From positions 127,194 through 191,193 of the forward strand of contig JBEKKK010000003.1 in NCBI GenBank assembly GCA_050010755.1: a stretch of 64,000 bases of DNA. The letters run 5' to 3'. The number at the start of each line of letters is the position of its first letter. The first letter of the stretch is position 1. This DNA is from Candidatus Bathyarchaeia archaeon. GTDB taxonomy: Archaea > Thermoproteota > Bathyarchaeia > Bathyarchaeales > Bathycorpusculaceae. The notes under the pieces are model-generated. The model saw only the letters and a list, made by a program, of their open reading frames with translations. It was not told the origin of the DNA and did not search any database. The translations under genes were made by a program, and so were the position numbers. This document shows positions 59,954-64,000 of this stretch, in pieces.

Positions 59954-60946
59954 TTATTTACCATGCTTCTTGCGTGCTATCGTAATCGCAACTGCTAACA
60001 TGGCTATCATAATGAACAGCAATGACAGAACTGCGTACTCAGGTATGACCGTGTTCTGGTAAGGCGAGCTCTCAGTGAAGCCTCCGTTATTGTCGTAGAC
60101 GTCGACGACATAGGTTACAACCGTTCCGCCAATGTAACCAGGAATGGTGCCATCGTACAACCCAGTTGTGGCGTTCAGCGTCATGGGAGCAGTGTAGTTT
60201 GTAATCCAGTTTACAGCCGTTTCATAGATGATCGTAGCGTTCGCAATTCCTGCGCCGCTGTTGTCAGTCACGTTGGCCGACACAACCACAGCTTCACTGT
60301 CATTAACACTGTTTACGTCAGGAACCTGAGTCACGGAGTTGATTGTTGGAGCAGGAGCGTAGGATAGCGTAAAGCTTGCATCGTAGAGGTTGGCCGCAGA
60401 AATGATTGTGTTTCCGTTGACATCGTCGAAGAACGTGCCCGCCAAGCCTGTAGCATTGATGTCAAAGATCCCGGTGATTGGCGTTGGGTTTGCCGCGTTG
60501 GGCATCGATGTGATGTTAAACTCGGCATACATCAAACTGGCATTCTCTTCAGGTACGTAGTCACTTATTCCTAGAAGGCTCTCGCCAAACTCTATGCTGC
60601 CGAGGACGTTGTCAACCACTGGAGAGGGGCCTACAATGGTGTGCCCGGCAAAGTATTCGCTTGTTGTTCCGGCTGTGTAGCCACACGCCACTTCCTGGAA
60701 TACTGATGCATCAAAGTTCATTGTAACCTGCCAATCATACGTGCCGTTCTCCATGTTTGCCCACACTGTAAGATTGAACAGCGTTCCAACACTCGCATTG
60801 TCTGTGCTATACGATACGGTCGAAGGAGACACCCACATCGAGTCAAGCGGATACGACTGGGCTCTAACACTGTTTGTTGAAGCCATAACCAAGAAAAGCA
60901 TAAGTCCTATGATAGCAATAGCACTCGTGAATTTCTTTAAAGACAT
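59954..60946 (-). CDS. Cohesin-like + Ig-like protein with PEF-CTERM-like anchor (anchoring scaffoldin candidate)
   Basis: Signal peptide, LFNLTVWAN..DWQVTMNFDAS..LMYAEFNIT, ending VIPEY + TM + RKKHGK. Confidence 0.82.
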   Translation of the reverse strand: MSLKKFTSAIAIIGLMLFLVMASTNSVRAQSYPLDSMWVSPSTVSYSTDNASVGTLFNLTVWANMENGTYDWQVTMNFDASVFQEVACGYTAGTTSEYFAGHTIVGPSPVVDNVLGSIEFGESLLGISDYVPEENASLMYAEFNITSMPNAANPTPITGIFDINATGLAGTFFDDVNGNTIISAANLYDASFTLSYAPAPTINSVTQVPDVNSVNDSEAVVVSANVTDNSGAGIANATIIYETAVNWITNYTAPMTLNATTGLYDGTIPGYIGGTVVTYVVDVYDNNGGFTESSPYQNTVIPEYAVLSLLFIMIAMLAVAITIARKKHGK

Positions 60947-60994
60947 TTTTCCACCTTGGGTAAGTATATCGAGTGCTCAGGTTTTTAAGCTTTT

Positions 60995-61009
60995 TCCAAC
61001 ATCTTTTCA
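60995..61009 (-). promoter_or_regulatory. Weak candidate operator TCCAA-CATCT-TTTCA (plus-strand spelling)
   Basis: Same 5-bp spacing to TATA-like CTTAAAAA, but one arm is degenerate. Confidence 0.35.
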
Positions 61010-61309
61010 AGAACCCAGAACGATGAAAAAACGCCCTAACACGTTGCGAAACTCGTCAGCACCCAAGTCGGTTTCATCAGAGTCTTTGAGATCATATTGA
61101 TGAACATCGCAGTTCTTCTTGATCTCACGCTCTAAAGATCCCCTTCTCTCATTCAAGAATGGCCGCAAACTCGGTCAAGCTAAGGCATTCTTCTAAACCC
61201 TCAAGGAAACCATTAAACTCTCACAGCGCACTGAACGGCGCATCAAGAGAAGTCGCATTTGATGTAGGTTTTATGCCAACTCCTGAAATGATCATTCTGT
61301 AGTCAGTAG

Positions 61310-64000
61310 CTATGGCGAGCCAGGGCCATAGATTTTTCCGAAGTTTCTGGCAACCAACGCGAGGTCCTTCATGTTGACTATTCCGTCACGGTTCAAGTCT
61401 GCCGCAAAATTCCATCCTGGACTGGTTGGCGTGGATCCGAAGGCGCGGGCCACTAACGCCATATCCTTCATGTTGACCATGCCGTCGCCATTGACGTCCC
61501 CCATGATTCTGACCACCAGGTTCGCTTGAGACAACATGTTTGACCCCGTCGGTATCGTTGCCACTGCAGTGAGTGTATAGCCTTGGCCGTAGCGGGTCGG
61601 CACGTTTGAAGTGTCCCATCCGTAGCCTACCCCGTTCCACCCGAAGGTGAGCGTGTAGCTCTGCCCTGGACCCAGCTCTATAGGATATGCATCTATAGTT
61701 TCGTTCGCTGTCATGTTGTAGTACAACGTGACCCAAACAGGTTCGCTAAAGTTGCCATTGTTCTTGACCGTTACGTTAATGTCAACTATCCATCCCTGGT
61801 AAACCCACGGCGGCATTGAAATGTTTGTCACGACAACAGTTGTCTCCGGAGCCGAAATGACGGTAACAGACCAGCCAGAACTACTTGAAACAGAACGGCC
61901 GAGAGCATCACTACCAGACGCCGAAACAGTGTCCGAAACAACGGTCAAGCCGGAAGGAACCGTGTAGTTGACAGTAAACGTGTCAGAAGCCACTGTAAAC
62001 AGTCCCGAGAACACTATCAGTAACAAGCACGCCGTTAAGCGCACAGTCGCCTGTATTCTTGACCACAAGTGTATACGTTATTGTGTCACCGACATGCGCA
62101 CTGGCCGGAGCAGATTTGGAAACACTGATGCCAGGGTGAAGAACGGTCGTGGACCAGCCAGAACTACTTGAAACAGAACGGCCGAGAGCATCACTACCAG
62201 ACGCCGAAACAGTGTCCGAAACAACGGTCAAGCCGGAAGGAACCGTGTAGTTGACAGTAAACGTGTCAGAAGCCATCGCTAAGCGTACAGTCACCAGTAT
62301 TTGAAACCGTAATCGTATATGTGATCGTGTCGCTGACATGGGCATACGCAGAGCCAGACTTGACGACGCTGATGCCAGGGTGAAGAACAGTAACAGACCA
62401 GCCAGAACTGGCAGAGACCACACCGCCAAGAACATCACTGCCAGAAGCAGAAACAGTGTTCGCAACAACCGTCAATCCAGAAGGCACAGTGTAGTTAACA
62501 GTAAACGTGTCGGAGGCGCCAACAGCTAAGCCACCACTATAAACAGTTCCTAGAAGACCGTCGGTCACAAGCACGCCGCTGAGAGTGCAGTCACCTGTAT
62601 TCGAAATAGTAATCACATAAGTAATCGTGTCACCCGCATGCGCACTTGCTGGACCAGACTTGGACACGCTTAATCTAGGATGAAGAACTGTAACGGACCA
62701 ACTAGCGTTTTCAGAAACCAAACCTCCAAGAACGTCGCTACCAGAAGCAGAAACAGTATTAGACAAGGTAGGCAACCCGGAAGGAACAGTGTAGTTAAGG
62801 CTAAATGTGTCTGAAGCCCCAACAGCCAAGGCGCCAGTATAGACAGTCCCTAGAAGGGTGTCCGTTACAAATACGCCGTTGAGCGCACAGTCACCCGTGT
62901 TGGTGACTGTTATGATGTACGTTATGGTGTCACCCGCGTGAGCGTAAAGTGGACCTGTCTTAGAAACAGTGATACTGGGGTGAAGAACGGTCATAGACCA
63001 GCCACTACTACTCGAAACCGAATGGCCTAGAGCGTCACTGCCACCCGCCGAAACACTGTCCGAAACAACAGCCAAAGCCGAAGGAACAGTGTAAGACTCA
63101 GTAAACGTGTCAATGGCGCCAACAGCTAAACCACCACTATAAACAGTCCCGACGAGACTATCAGAAACAAATACGCTACTAAGATCACAGTCTCCAGTGT
63201 TCGAAAGCGTAATGGTGAAGGTGACAGTGTCACCCACGTGAGCGTAAGACGGAGCCGTTGTAGAAACAGTGATACCAGGGTGAAGAATAGCAACAGTCCA
63301 TAGGGCTACGGCCGTCACCTGCTGTTGAAGGGCGTCCTCGTAGGTTGCGGTTACTGTATCTGTTATGTCGCCACTCGGAGACGGAACGGTGTAACTGAAA
63401 CTCCGAGACTCAGAAGCACCCGCAGCTAAACTGGCTGAGAAACTCGAAGAAACATCACCCAAAAGCGAATCAACAACCGAAACCTTCGTAATCGTAGCGT
63501 CACCAGTGTTGTTGACGGTTATCGTAAGGCTAATCGTGTCGCCCTCATGCGCCTTCACAGGACCAGACTCAGACACGCTAATACCAGGATAGAGAACAGC
63601 CACTGACCAACTGGAGCTGGCCGAAACCACACGACCAAGAACATCACTGCCGGAAGCAGAAGCAGTGTTTGAAATCACAGCCAAGCCGGAAGGAACCGTG
63701 TAGTTGACAGTAAACGTGTCAGAAGCGCCAACAGCTAAACTGCCACTGTAAACAGTCCCAAGAAGACTGTCAAACACGAGGACACCAGTAAGATCGCAGT
63801 CACCAGTGTTCGTAACCGTAATCGTATAGTTTATTGTGTCGCCGACATAGGCATACATGGGCCCGGACTTGACAACGTTGATGCCGGGATGAAGAACAGT
63901 AACAGACCAACCGGAGTTGGTCGAAACTAAACCGCCAAGAGCATCACTGCCTGAAGCCGAGACACCGTCAGAAACCACAGTTGAAGCCGACGGAACAGTG
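61310..64000 (-). pseudogene. Large DUF11-like tandem-repeat protein with CARDB + dockerin; 5' partial, with two frameshifts (~62275 and ~61992)
   Basis: ~100-aa repeats LHPGISVSKSGP..GDTITYTITVTNTGDC.L; three ORF pieces (62266..64000, 61983..62275, 61310..61992) join into one gene. May be an assembly artefact. Confidence 0.75.
61869..62275. repeat. Two identical 124-bp copies (61869-61992 and 62152-62275)
   Basis: Base-for-base identical, while the other repeat units of the gene are diverged. Confidence 0.9.

Noticed and set aside
17837-64000. A true cellulosome (cellulose degradation)
   Set aside because: None of the dockerin-bearing proteins has a recognisable cellulase or CBM3 domain; only the assembly logic is shared.

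Overview
Archaeal chromosomal window, most likely Bathyarchaeia (TACK). This is inferred from the unsplit rpoB and fused rpoA'/A'', the intron-containing tRNA and the typical hypothetical families. The left quarter (1-16.3 kb) is housekeeping: the 3' part of an Smc5/6-like SMC ATPase followed by putative kleisin and KITE genes, the rpoB-rpoA-rpl30e-nusA operon, tRNA-Leu(CAA) with a BHB intron, nadA, a frameshifted nikR remnant, DUF1893, thioredoxin and a DUF2148 Fe-S protein. From ~17.8 kb to the end is a ~46 kb cell-surface locus. It holds nine dockerin-bearing secreted proteins, six proteins with cohesin-like domains (three membrane-anchored, two cohesin+dockerin adaptors, one multi-cohesin scaffold), NosD beta-helix, PKD and DUF11-repeat proteins, a degenerate M28 peptidase and an Lrp regulator. 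It also holds an Opp/Dpp ABC transporter whose solute-binding protein carries a dockerin instead of a membrane anchor, with a membrane-anchored cohesin gene directly after the ATPase genes. A shared 15-bp inverted repeat (TGGAA-N5-TTCCA type) sits at a near-constant distance upstream of the TATA boxes of several of these genes. Together this suggests a co-regulated, cellulosome-like surface assembly linked to peptide or solute uptake. All domain calls are from motif recognition by eye; no database searches were run.
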